This document shows, one piece after another, positions 23,867 through 31,871 of a stretch of 64,000 nucleotides of DNA (within the stretch, counting starts at the first letter, position 1; every line of letters starts with the position of its first letter). Made by a program: the position numbers and the translations under genes. The stretch is from assembly GCA_009694955.1 (NCBI GenBank), contig SIBZ01000002.1:1418-65417 (forward strand), read 5' to 3'. The notes below the pieces were generated by a model that was given only the letters and a program-made list of their open reading frames with translations, ran no database searches and was not told where the DNA came from. The stretch comes from Candidatus Tayloriibacteriota bacterium. GTDB taxonomy: Bacteria; Patescibacteriota; Minisyncoccia; Phycocordibacterales; UBA10002.

Positions 23867-26155
23867 CTAGAACCTATCGATGCGCGATACACTGTCCTGT
23901 TCAGAAGGAATCTTCACGTCCTCAAGGGTAACGGCCCGAACCGTGGCGACTCCTCCCTCGAACACCTCTTTCTTCCGATATGCCGAAATCCCGATGCCGG
24001 CGTGACGGATGGTTGTACTCGCTATCGTCGCGCGGGACGAATCTTTCACGGCAATACCTATCGCCACCTGTTCGATAACATTATCGAAAATATCGGGTGT
24101 TGAACTCTCTCCGACGCTGACTCCCTTATCCGTGCACCCGAGGATTTTGTTTCCGTTGATGCGCACCGTGCTCCAGCTGATATCGATGCAATCGCCCGCA
24201 TGAGGAACACCGGCGGTGCTCCCGATACCGACTTTTTGAAACACATTGTCGTGGATATGCGAATCGGGCCGGAGCATGTCGCCGTCAATCGCGTCGTGGA
24301 AGGTATTTTCGAAGAATGACCGCTCGATGAGAAGCGTTGATCCTTTCACGTTCAAAGCGTCGTCTTCTTCGGAGTGGGTAAATGACGTATTCCGTATTTC
24401 GACATCCGCGTCATGGAAAGCGACCATACCGGTGGCGGTGATGCCGTTTTGCTGGAGACCGGAACCGCCGTCAAACCGCACGAAGTCGAGCGAGCTTCGG
24501 TCGCGTTTTGTCCCCACAACAAAGAACGAACCCCACGCCGATTCCGGCTCGGCCCGGCGGAGGTACACGGGAGCTTCCGCTGTGCCCCGTACGTTTACCG
24601 GACTGTATGACACAATTGAGACGCCTTTGCCGAAATACAGCAGCGCACCCGGGTCAATCACGACGCGCATTCCCGCAGGCACGATGACCGTCTTTTGGAA
24701 GATATGCGTCCCGGACTCCAAAGCGACCATATCCAAGCCTCTCGGGACAAATTGCGGTTCCCGTGAGAGAAACGCATCCCTCGTTCCGTATGTCTCGTTA
24801 AAACGCTGGAATGAACCGGAAAAAACGAGTTTGCTTTTGTCGGAGGAAACCGCGGGGGGAGTATAGGTCGCGCGAAGTATTTGCTCCGCCTGTTGTATGT
24901 TTCCGGCAAAATACGCGCGGTCTGTTTTTATTTCCTTTGAAAATTCGAAGTTGGTGTCCTTTTTTGAGGCGTCTTTAAAGATATCGGCCTTTGCTTCGGA
25001 TACGACGCTATCATAGAACGCCAAGTCATCGGCTCCGTTCTGCGGGTCCGCAAGGTATTCCGAAAGCAACCGGTTGCGTTCGTCCTTGAAAGCGGGAATG
25101 GCAAGAATTCGCTTTGCCAAAGTCGTCCCTTCGGTAAACAAATCGTCAAGCGGTCCGACGAGCGTATCGACAGGCACAAGTTCAAACCGCCCAGTCGCAG
25201 TATTAAACAGCAAGCCGATATTCTCGAAATTATCGCGAGGATTTCCGGCAAGAATGGAAAGTATGTCCCACTTGTAAAACGACTCCATATCGATAATGCG
25301 CGGAGCCGCGCGGACAAACGTCTCGTCGTCGGCATAGTTGAGGATTTTGAGGAATGTATCGAGCGGTTCCTGATAGTTGACCGAGTCGGTGTAACTCTTC
25401 CAGAAGGTAAGCCCGTCTTGCGCGAACAAATTGACGAACGAACTGTAGTTCGAATCGTTACCACCCATAAGGTTTTTATCCCCGTCGTTAAAACCGTAGA
25501 GTATGGACGTTTCGGGCCACGGCTTTCCTTGTATGAGTTCCTTCGTCCAATGCGTGAAAGCGAGGTACACATTATCCCGTCCATTCACGTAGACGTTTAC
25601 CAAATGGGCGTCCCGCGTGAGCAAACCAAACTTTTCGGCGCGGTGCTGGTTCAGAAGTTCGGCGAAATAGTTTTTGTCGGACGGAATAATAAGAGAAACC
25701 GAACGTTGGCCGTGGAACGGCGCGTTGTTGGGAAATTCAAGCCGGAGCGACTTCTGCTGGCTGTTCCAATGGTTGGAATTGAGGCCGGCGTACCGCGCGT
25801 CCACCTGTCCCTGATAGTCCGGGGCCGAGAAGACCGCCTTGGTGAAGACCCGGTTCTCATCGAGACTAATCGAGGAAAACGGATCCTGGGGAAGATGCTC
25901 GTTCAAGTACGCAATACCCACGCGGTCAATCGAGAGTTTCCATACCGGCAGTGTGCCCGCGCGAAAATAATACGGAAAATAGAGCACGTCGGGTAGCTTC
26001 CGCAAAGAACGGTACGTCGGCAGGAATTGTTGTACCAACCGGTACTGCGTGAGATTGGCTTTGACCCTGTGCGGAAGCAAGACGAACAGAAGCACAAAAA
26101 AAACAGGCAGACAGGCAACTGCGCAGAGTATTTTTATTCTTTTTGCCCATAACAT
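23867..26155 (-). CDS. CotH-family atypical kinase with N-terminal membrane anchor and C-terminal parallel beta-helix domain
   Basis: ATG at 26155 (MLWAKRIKILCAVACLPVFFVLLFVLL); the 67-codon track extension was rejected. The CotH-like core includes SLRLEFP...LVNVYVNGRDNVYLAFTHW. The C-terminus has repeated short beta-helix-like turns (NVKGS..., DISWSTVRINGNKI..., GIAVKDSS...). Confidence 0.7.
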   Translation of the reverse strand: MLWAKRIKILCAVACLPVFFVLLFVLLPHRVKANLTQYRLVQQFLPTYRSLRKLPDVLYFPYYFRAGTLPVWKLSIDRVGIAYLNEHLPQDPFSSISLDENRVFTKAVFSAPDYQGQVDARYAGLNSNHWNSQQKSLRLEFPNNAPFHGQRSVSLIIPSDKNYFAELLNQHRAEKFGLLTRDAHLVNVYVNGRDNVYLAFTHWTKELIQGKPWPETSILYGFNDGDKNLMGGNDSNYSSFVNLFAQDGLTFWKSYTDSVNYQEPLDTFLKILNYADDETFVRAAPRIIDMESFYKWDILSILAGNPRDNFENIGLLFNTATGRFELVPVDTLVGPLDDLFTEGTTLAKRILAIPAFKDERNRLLSEYLADPQNGADDLAFYDSVVSEAKADIFKDASKKDTNFEFSKEIKTDRAYFAGNIQQAEQILRATYTPPAVSSDKSKLVFSGSFQRFNETYGTRDAFLSREPQFVPRGLDMVALESGTHIFQKTVIVPAGMRVVIDPGALLYFGKGVSIVSYSPVNVRGTAEAPVYLRRAEPESAWGSFFVVGTKRDRSSLDFVRFDGGSGLQQNGITATGMVAFHDADVEIRNTSFTHSEEDDALNVKGSTLLIERSFFENTFHDAIDGDMLRPDSHIHDNVFQKVGIGSTAGVPHAGDCIDISWSTVRINGNKILGCTDKGVSVGESSTPDIFDNVIEQVAIGIAVKDSSRATIASTTIRHAGIGISAYRKKEVFEGGVATVRAVTLEDVKIPSEQDSVSRIDRF

Positions 26156-26243
26156 ACAAATGGAGAATACCACGCAAATAGACGTGTTGCAAAGACCCGA
26201 AAAAGCGAAAAGTACCGCGGAAGCCGGACGTGTGCGGAGGCGC

Positions 26244-26624
26244 TTAGAGGAATTTTTTATCGTCCAAATACGGCCCGTTTTTGAATTCATAGAGGAGCGT
26301 CTCTTCGAGAAAATGAACCGCGTGGGCAACACCGAGAAGTACCGCCGCCTCCCCACTCTTCACGAGAAACGAACGGAAGCACTGCTTCTTCGCGTCATAC
26401 AGGTCTATGCGGAGTTTGCCACTGATGACGATAAGACCTTCCTGTAATACCTTCGTCACACGCTCTTTCGGCAGATGCAGGTGTGGCACGACGATATGCC
26501 CTTTCGCGCGTTTTTGGGTGAGGAGTTGGAGCGCCTGCTTCGGGTCGGTCACACCATGCGTTCCGTCCTTGAAGCGCTTCACGTGAATTGCCACCAGTTT
26601 TTTTCCTAAAAAGATGTTGTCCAT
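26244..26624 (-). CDS. Small cupin-fold protein (WbuC / sugar epimerase-isomerase-like)
   Basis: ATG at 26624; the track start at 26654 is a TTG. About 126 aa. VVPHLHLPKERVTKVLQEGLIVISGKLRIDLYD looks like a cupin HxH...E metal-site segment. Sits directly upstream of Gmd. Confidence 0.45.
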   Translation of the reverse strand: MDNIFLGKKLVAIHVKRFKDGTHGVTDPKQALQLLTQKRAKGHIVVPHLHLPKERVTKVLQEGLIVISGKLRIDLYDAKKQCFRSFLVKSGEAAVLLGVAHAVHFLEETLLYEFKNGPYLDDKKFL

Positions 26625-26673
26625 AGAGATGCGGTCGCCGGAGAACCGGCACAAGAGCGAAAGTTACTGAGCA

Positions 26674-27741
26674 TTAGACTTCAAACCGCCTTTGCGTTAC
26701 CACCGGATGTCCGAACGCGACTTCTTTCTTCACGTAGGCGAGGTCGTGCGTCGTCATAATCTTCGCGAGCTCAGAAAACGTGGTCTTGGGCTTCCACTTC
26801 AGAAGTTTTTTCGCTTTCGACGCGTCACCCTGTAGCAAATCAACCTCGTTCGGACGGAAGTAAATGGGGTCTATCACTATCACCGTCTTGCCTGTCTTTT
26901 TATCGATACCTTTTTCCGCAAGCCCCTTTCCTTTCCAGACAATCTCCATTCCGAGATTCTTCCCCACTTCTTCGACCCACTCGCGGACCGAACGGGTTTC
27001 TCCGGTTGCAATCACGAAATCGTCCGCCTCTTTGTATTGGACAATCTTCCAGATGGCTTCCACGTAGTCTTGGGAAAATCCCCAGTCGCGTTTCGCGTCC
27101 AGATTTCCGAGCGAGAGGACATCCTGCAGGCCGAGCGAAATCCGAGACAGCCCGACCGTTACCTTGCGCGTGACGAAGTTGAGACCGCGCCGGGGAGATT
27201 CGTGATTGAAAAGAATGCCGTTCGAAGCGAAAATGTCGTACGCGGTGCGGTACATGCGCGTGACGTAATACGCGAATACTTTTGAAAGGCCGTACGGGGA
27301 TTGTGGATTAAACGGAGTTTTTTCCGATTGCGGAATCTCCAAGACTTTCCCGAACATTTCGGACGAACTCGCCTGATAGAATTTCACCGGCATTTCCAGA
27401 TTACGGATGGTCTCGAGAATCCGGAGCGGGCCGAGCGCGTTCGTGTTTACGGTGAATTCCGGCACGTCGAAACTCACGCCGACATGGCTCTGCGCGCCGA
27501 GATTGTAAAACTCATCGGGTTCGATTTTCTTGATAATTCGGAGGAGGTTGGAGCTGTCGGAAAGGTCGGCATAGGCCATATTAAACCCTTTCCGCCCGTA
27601 CAGATGGTCAATACGCTCGGTATTGGGCACACTTGCCCGACGTTGGAGGCCATAGACTTCATAGCCCTTTTCCAAAAGGAGCTCCGCGAGATAGGAGCCG
27701 TCCTGACCGGTAATGCCCGAGATAATCGCTTTTTTTGCCAT
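26674..27741 (-). CDS. gmd: GDP-mannose (or GDP-heptose) 4,6-dehydratase
   Basis: ATG at 27741, 355 aa. [37 protein letters not shown] and RDWGF motifs present. Confidence 0.9.
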   Translation of the reverse strand: MAKKAIISGITGQDGSYLAELLLEKGYEVYGLQRRASVPNTERIDHLYGRKGFNMAYADLSDSSNLLRIIKKIEPDEFYNLGAQSHVGVSFDVPEFTVNTNALGPLRILETIRNLEMPVKFYQASSSEMFGKVLEIPQSEKTPFNPQSPYGLSKVFAYYVTRMYRTAYDIFASNGILFNHESPRRGLNFVTRKVTVGLSRISLGLQDVLSLGNLDAKRDWGFSQDYVEAIWKIVQYKEADDFVIATGETRSVREWVEEVGKNLGMEIVWKGKGLAEKGIDKKTGKTVIVIDPIYFRPNEVDLLQGDASKAKKLLKWKPKTTFSELAKIMTTHDLAYVKKEVAFGHPVVTQRRFEV

Positions 27742-27789
27742 AGTATATATGTAACCTGCGCGAAGATTAAAAAATGACGGAGAAGAGCT

Positions 27790-28605
27790 CTAAGAAAACA
27801 TCGAACCTAAGGAACGGGCATCCTCATCGGTGAGATTCCACCCGAGTGCGCCGATGTTTTCCCTGAGGTGTTCTTTACTCCCGGCTTTCGGAATGGCACT
27901 GATGCCCTGCCTCACTATCCAATTGAGGGCAAGCTCGGCGGGTGTCTTTTTGTATCTTTGGGCAAGAGTGGCCAGTGCCTCGGATATGGTACCAAGAAGC
28001 GCGCCTTTTGCGAATGGTCGGTGCGCGATAACGTGTATGCCGTGCTTTTGGCAGAACGGGAGCATCTCGTGCTCCGCACTCCGCGACGCAAGGCTGTATT
28101 CAAGTTCGTGCACGGCAAGAGGCGTGTTCACGAGATTGGCTTGTGCCTCTTCGAGAAGCGGAAGAGAAAAATTACTCACGCCGATAGCGCGGACAAGCTT
28201 TCGTTCCACCAGCACTTCAAGGGCGCGCATTGTTTCCCGAAGCGGTATCGCTTCGTTCGGCCAATGGATGAGATACAGGTCGATATACGGTGTACCGAGA
28301 CGTCGGAGACTTCCCTCCGCCGCTGTAAGCACATCATCGAACCGCAGATGGTCCTTCCATACTTTTGAAATGACCGTAAGTGCATCACGTTTCCTCCCTC
28401 TAAGCGCTCTACCGACAAGTTCCTCGGTGAGTCCTTCTCCGTACAGTTCGGCGACATCAACCAGACGAAAGCCTAGGTCAAAACCGTACGAAAGAAGCTC
28501 GACTGATTCGTCCGCGTTGCCTTCGTCCCGTGTATATTTCCCTCCCATACCCCACGTTCCCATACCGAGGAGCGGGAAAGGTTTCCCAGATGTGTTGTCG
28601 TTCAT
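27790..28605 (-). CDS. Aldo/keto reductase
   Basis: ATG at 28605, in an ATGA overlap with the upstream stop; the track extension to 28695 was rejected. LGMGTWGMGG, DVAELYG and IDLYLIHWP motifs present. Confidence 0.85.
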   Translation of the reverse strand: MNDNTSGKPFPLLGMGTWGMGGKYTRDEGNADESVELLSYGFDLGFRLVDVAELYGEGLTEELVGRALRGRKRDALTVISKVWKDHLRFDDVLTAAEGSLRRLGTPYIDLYLIHWPNEAIPLRETMRALEVLVERKLVRAIGVSNFSLPLLEEAQANLVNTPLAVHELEYSLASRSAEHEMLPFCQKHGIHVIAHRPFAKGALLGTISEALATLAQRYKKTPAELALNWIVRQGISAIPKAGSKEHLRENIGALGWNLTDEDARSLGSMFS

Positions 28606-29822
28606 TCGATTCGGATTTTTGGAAACGGAATAATGAACGCGCCCCGATACTCCTTCGCACGCAGTTTCGGTATGAGCTCTTCTGAAAGGTTCCACGAAAG
28701 CATCAGCGCGTACTGCGGTTGCTCACTAAAGAGTATGCTCTCGTTTTTGACCGGAATATGGCTCCCGGGAGCATAGAGGCCGATTTTGTACTCGCTTTTC
28801 TCGAGCAAAGCTTCAACCGTTTGCGCCGTTATGCCGCACGAGTTGAGAAGTGTATTCCCTTTTGCCGGAGCCCCGATACCGACAATGCGCGCACCTGAGT
28901 GCCGGAGTTTCAAGAGGAGAGACTGCAGTTCTTTCATATGCGCGTGCGCCCTCTCCCCGAAGTCCGTATATGTTTTCAGGTCCTCGAGCCCGGCTTTCTT
29001 TTCCTCGGCCACAAGATTCGCGACCGATGCGCTCACAAGATGTGCTCCTTTGTGTCCGACAGACACTCTGATGGAACCGCTATGGCTCGGTATCCGCCGG
29101 ACATCGAATATTTCGAATCCAAAATCGGAGAAGAGACGGAGCATCGGCCGGAGCGAATAATACCGGAGATGTTCGTGATACACGGCATCATACCCTCCTG
29201 TCGTAATCATATCGAGAAGATATCCCGACTCCGACACGAACACACCATCAGGAGAAAGCAGTGCTTGTATTCCGCGCATAAACGATTCGAGGTCGGGGAC
29301 ATGCGCGAACACATTTGTCGCGGTAATAATCCGCGCGTGCCCGTATGTCTTCAACACAGACAGAGCGGTTGTCTCGTTAAAAAACTCACGAAGTGTGGGA
29401 ACACCTTCTTTTTTTGCAACCTCAGCCACACTCGACGGGTCTATCCCGAGCACTTTCGACCCGAACTTCCCATAGTTTTTGAGAAGCGTCCCGTCGTTGG
29501 AGCCAATATCGACGACGAAGTCGGTGCTCCCCAGTGCAAAACGGGTCCCCAGCTCTTCCACGAGTGCCGTAAAGTTCTCCCGGAGACTGTTGTTCATTCC
29601 GGTCGTGTAGACATACTCGGTAAAGAGTTCACGCGGGTCAACGGTAAAGCCAAGCTGTACCAAACCGCATTCCTCGCACAAACACAGAGCGAGCGGGTAG
29701 CTCGCTTCCGCTTTACCCGCGTCCTCTTCCCGCACAAACGCGTCGCTCGGTGACTGTGTGCCGAGGTCCAAAAACTTTTCGAGCCTTCGACTTTTACATA
29801 TATAACAGGATGTATGCTGCAT
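28602..29822 (-). CDS. NDP-sugar C-methyltransferase (TylCIII/EvaC-like; Zn-ribbon + class I MTase + C-terminal domain)
   Basis: ATG at 29822, 406 aa. N-terminal CxxC...CxxC (CYICKS...CEECG), then the MTase core VVDIGSNDGTLL, then a C-methyltransferase-type C-terminal domain. Confidence 0.75.
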   Translation of the reverse strand: MQHTSCYICKSRRLEKFLDLGTQSPSDAFVREEDAGKAEASYPLALCLCEECGLVQLGFTVDPRELFTEYVYTTGMNNSLRENFTALVEELGTRFALGSTDFVVDIGSNDGTLLKNYGKFGSKVLGIDPSSVAEVAKKEGVPTLREFFNETTALSVLKTYGHARIITATNVFAHVPDLESFMRGIQALLSPDGVFVSESGYLLDMITTGGYDAVYHEHLRYYSLRPMLRLFSDFGFEIFDVRRIPSHSGSIRVSVGHKGAHLVSASVANLVAEEKKAGLEDLKTYTDFGERAHAHMKELQSLLLKLRHSGARIVGIGAPAKGNTLLNSCGITAQTVEALLEKSEYKIGLYAPGSHIPVKNESILFSEQPQYALMLSWNLSEELIPKLRAKEYRGAFIIPFPKIRIE

Positions 29823-29833
29823 ACCTTCTCGCG

Positions 29834-31546
29834 CTACTGCAATTTATAGACGGCGACTATCGGCCCTGTGTGCTTCATCCTAAGAAGGTTTGAAATCGGT
29901 TTGCGGAGATTTTCGATATCTGCACTATACGTTCCCTCGGTTGCGTTTGCTGGAAACAGAGCGAACAATTTCTCGGGAGTGACGCCGAACTCTTTCGCTT
30001 CCTCGAGTATGTTCTTGTAATCGTCCTCCGTATGCCAGGTAAGAACGGCATACGCGAATTGATGCCGGTCGATTTCCGCAGGCACGCCGTTTGGGTATAA
30101 CGGCTGGAAGACAAAATAGTTCGGCGACGGGAACGCGCCGTCCGGAAGACCGAGGAGATACTCCTGCCGTTTCTGCAGAAAAGAAGGGTTAAGCCGTTTG
30201 GTAAGTTCGATGGACGCGCGGTTTTCGTTAATCGTAAGATACGCGTCAAAATCCAGTATCTTTGTTCCTGCCGGAACGGTCGTGTACAGCCACCGGAGGA
30301 ACTGTTGCTGGGTCGTCTCCTGCATCAGCCGGTAATCAAACATAACGGGGAGATACAGGGAAACAAGCGTGAAGGCAAGCACAAGTACGATTTTCACGCT
30401 CTTCGCGCGCATCGTGAGTCTTTCTCTCCACAAAGACACGAGACCGTACGCGGCGATACCGGCGAGAAACGGAACGACAGGCGCGATGTAGTGCGGTTGG
30501 GCGCGCATACTTCCAAGAAACGGGCCGATGACGAGGTAATACCCGACGACAAATGACGAGAGGAGGTAGAACACCTCTCTGTTTTTCTTAAAGAGCCGGT
30601 ACGCGCCTATAAGTGAGAGGAAGATGAGCAACGGAGCGTACTCAAAGAGCACCCCCGCGTAAAAGAAGGAGCCTTGCAAGAAATTCGCGTCCGGGTCCGC
30701 CGTACGGCCGGCGGTACCCAGCGCCGCATCCGCGGATTGATTGAAGTAATTCTGGAATCCGAAAGGGTTCAGATAATACGTGAGTGCAACACCGAGGACG
30801 AAAGTTATGTTGCATACCCAAAAGTGTTTATGCAGAACAAACGTCTCGAGTAAATTCTTTCCTTTGTGCCGATAATACTGGGCGACGAGAAACGGAAGAT
30901 AGACGAGTACGCCGACGACGTGCGTGGCAAACGCGACGGAGGTGAGAAGGCCGATGAGTACGTAATCGCGCAAACGGACCGTCGGCGCGCGGTAGAACCT
31001 CACGATGCAGTAGAGAGCGAGCAGGATGGTGAACATCTGCGGTATCCACACCTTGCCGAAGTGCGAAAGAAACACGAACCACGCGTCGGTCGCGAGAAGA
31101 AATACGGCGGTCAGCGCCACGGGAGCGTCGTCGAACAATTTCCGGCAGATTTTATACAGCAGATACAGGCACGCGACTCCGAGCGCGACGGAAATAAAGC
31201 GCGCGAACGGTAAAAGCCGGCCATATTCGAGCGTGCCGAATTGTACAAGCAGAGCAACGCTTCCGAACAGCCCCGAAAGCCTGAGAAAGAGGAGGAGTCC
31301 AGCAAAAAACGGCAGATAGAGATACGCACCCGCCGGCATATGGTAGTTGGTCGGATAGTCGGGACGGAGCGACGGCTCGGCCATCATCTTTAGGCTCGAC
31401 GCCATAAGCACTGTTTCGTCCCCGATGGTGGTCGTGAGCGGATAATTGTAAAACATCCCGACCGTCGCGAGTACGACAAAGATTCCGAGCAGTATCGGGA
31501 GTATGTAGGACTGTTTCAATGCGCCGTGTGTTGTAAGAATGCTCAT
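29834..31546 (-). CDS. GT-C fold membrane glycosyltransferase (ArnT/PMT, GT39/83-like)
   Basis: ATG at 31546, in an ATGA overlap with the LAB_N stop; the track extension to 31687 was rejected. More than 10 hydrophobic helices, an acidic first-loop motif (IGDETV) and a soluble C-terminal domain of about 150 aa. Confidence 0.65.
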   Translation of the reverse strand: MSILTTHGALKQSYILPILLGIFVVLATVGMFYNYPLTTTIGDETVLMASSLKMMAEPSLRPDYPTNYHMPAGAYLYLPFFAGLLLFLRLSGLFGSVALLVQFGTLEYGRLLPFARFISVALGVACLYLLYKICRKLFDDAPVALTAVFLLATDAWFVFLSHFGKVWIPQMFTILLALYCIVRFYRAPTVRLRDYVLIGLLTSVAFATHVVGVLVYLPFLVAQYYRHKGKNLLETFVLHKHFWVCNITFVLGVALTYYLNPFGFQNYFNQSADAALGTAGRTADPDANFLQGSFFYAGVLFEYAPLLIFLSLIGAYRLFKKNREVFYLLSSFVVGYYLVIGPFLGSMRAQPHYIAPVVPFLAGIAAYGLVSLWRERLTMRAKSVKIVLVLAFTLVSLYLPVMFDYRLMQETTQQQFLRWLYTTVPAGTKILDFDAYLTINENRASIELTKRLNPSFLQKRQEYLLGLPDGAFPSPNYFVFQPLYPNGVPAEIDRHQFAYAVLTWHTEDDYKNILEEAKEFGVTPEKLFALFPANATEGTYSADIENLRKPISNLLRMKHTGPIVAVYKLQ

Positions 31547-31866
31547 AGTGACGTCTCTCGTTGCTCTTCTGAAATTTCGCGCAGAGCTGAAGCTTTGGTT
31601 GTTTTGCGTATCAAGAAAAGATTTCTCCCATAGATAAGCAGTCCCAAACCTTGTCCCACAATGAACACCGGGTCGCCTATGTGCCATGCATACACGAACA
31701 GAATGGCTCCGCCGACAATGCTAAAATACCAGAATGCGATGGGGACAACGCTTTCGCCTTTCCGTTCAGACACTATCCACTGAATCACGAACCGCATGAA
31801 AAAACCGGCTTGCCCGAGAAAGCCGACCACAACCCACCACGTAACACCAATCCCTAAAAATGTCAT
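31543..31866 (-). CDS. Lipid-A-biosynthesis N-terminal domain (LAB_N) small membrane protein
   Basis: ATG at 31866, 107 aa, 3 TM. GQAGFFMRFVIQWIVSERKGESVVPIAFWYFSIVGG matches the LAB_N pattern. Confidence 0.7.
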   Translation of the reverse strand: MTFLGIGVTWWVVVGFLGQAGFFMRFVIQWIVSERKGESVVPIAFWYFSIVGGAILFVYAWHIGDPVFIVGQGLGLLIYGRNLFLIRKTTKASALREISEEQRETSL

Positions 31867-31871
31867 AGTAT

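Noticed and set aside
26156-26356. N-terminal extensions offered by the ORF track: CotH to 26356, amidotransferase to 17088, aldo/keto reductase to 28695, GT-C to 31687, GmhB to 50810, DegT to 42733, neuA to 4967, SDR to 2462, GT2 from 51710
   Set aside because: The extensions would overlap the upstream gene or spacer elements, and they encode non-homologous Arg/Ser-rich sequence. Several start at TTG/GTG. In each case an internal ATG gives the family-typical N-terminus, often forming an ATGA overlap with the preceding stop.
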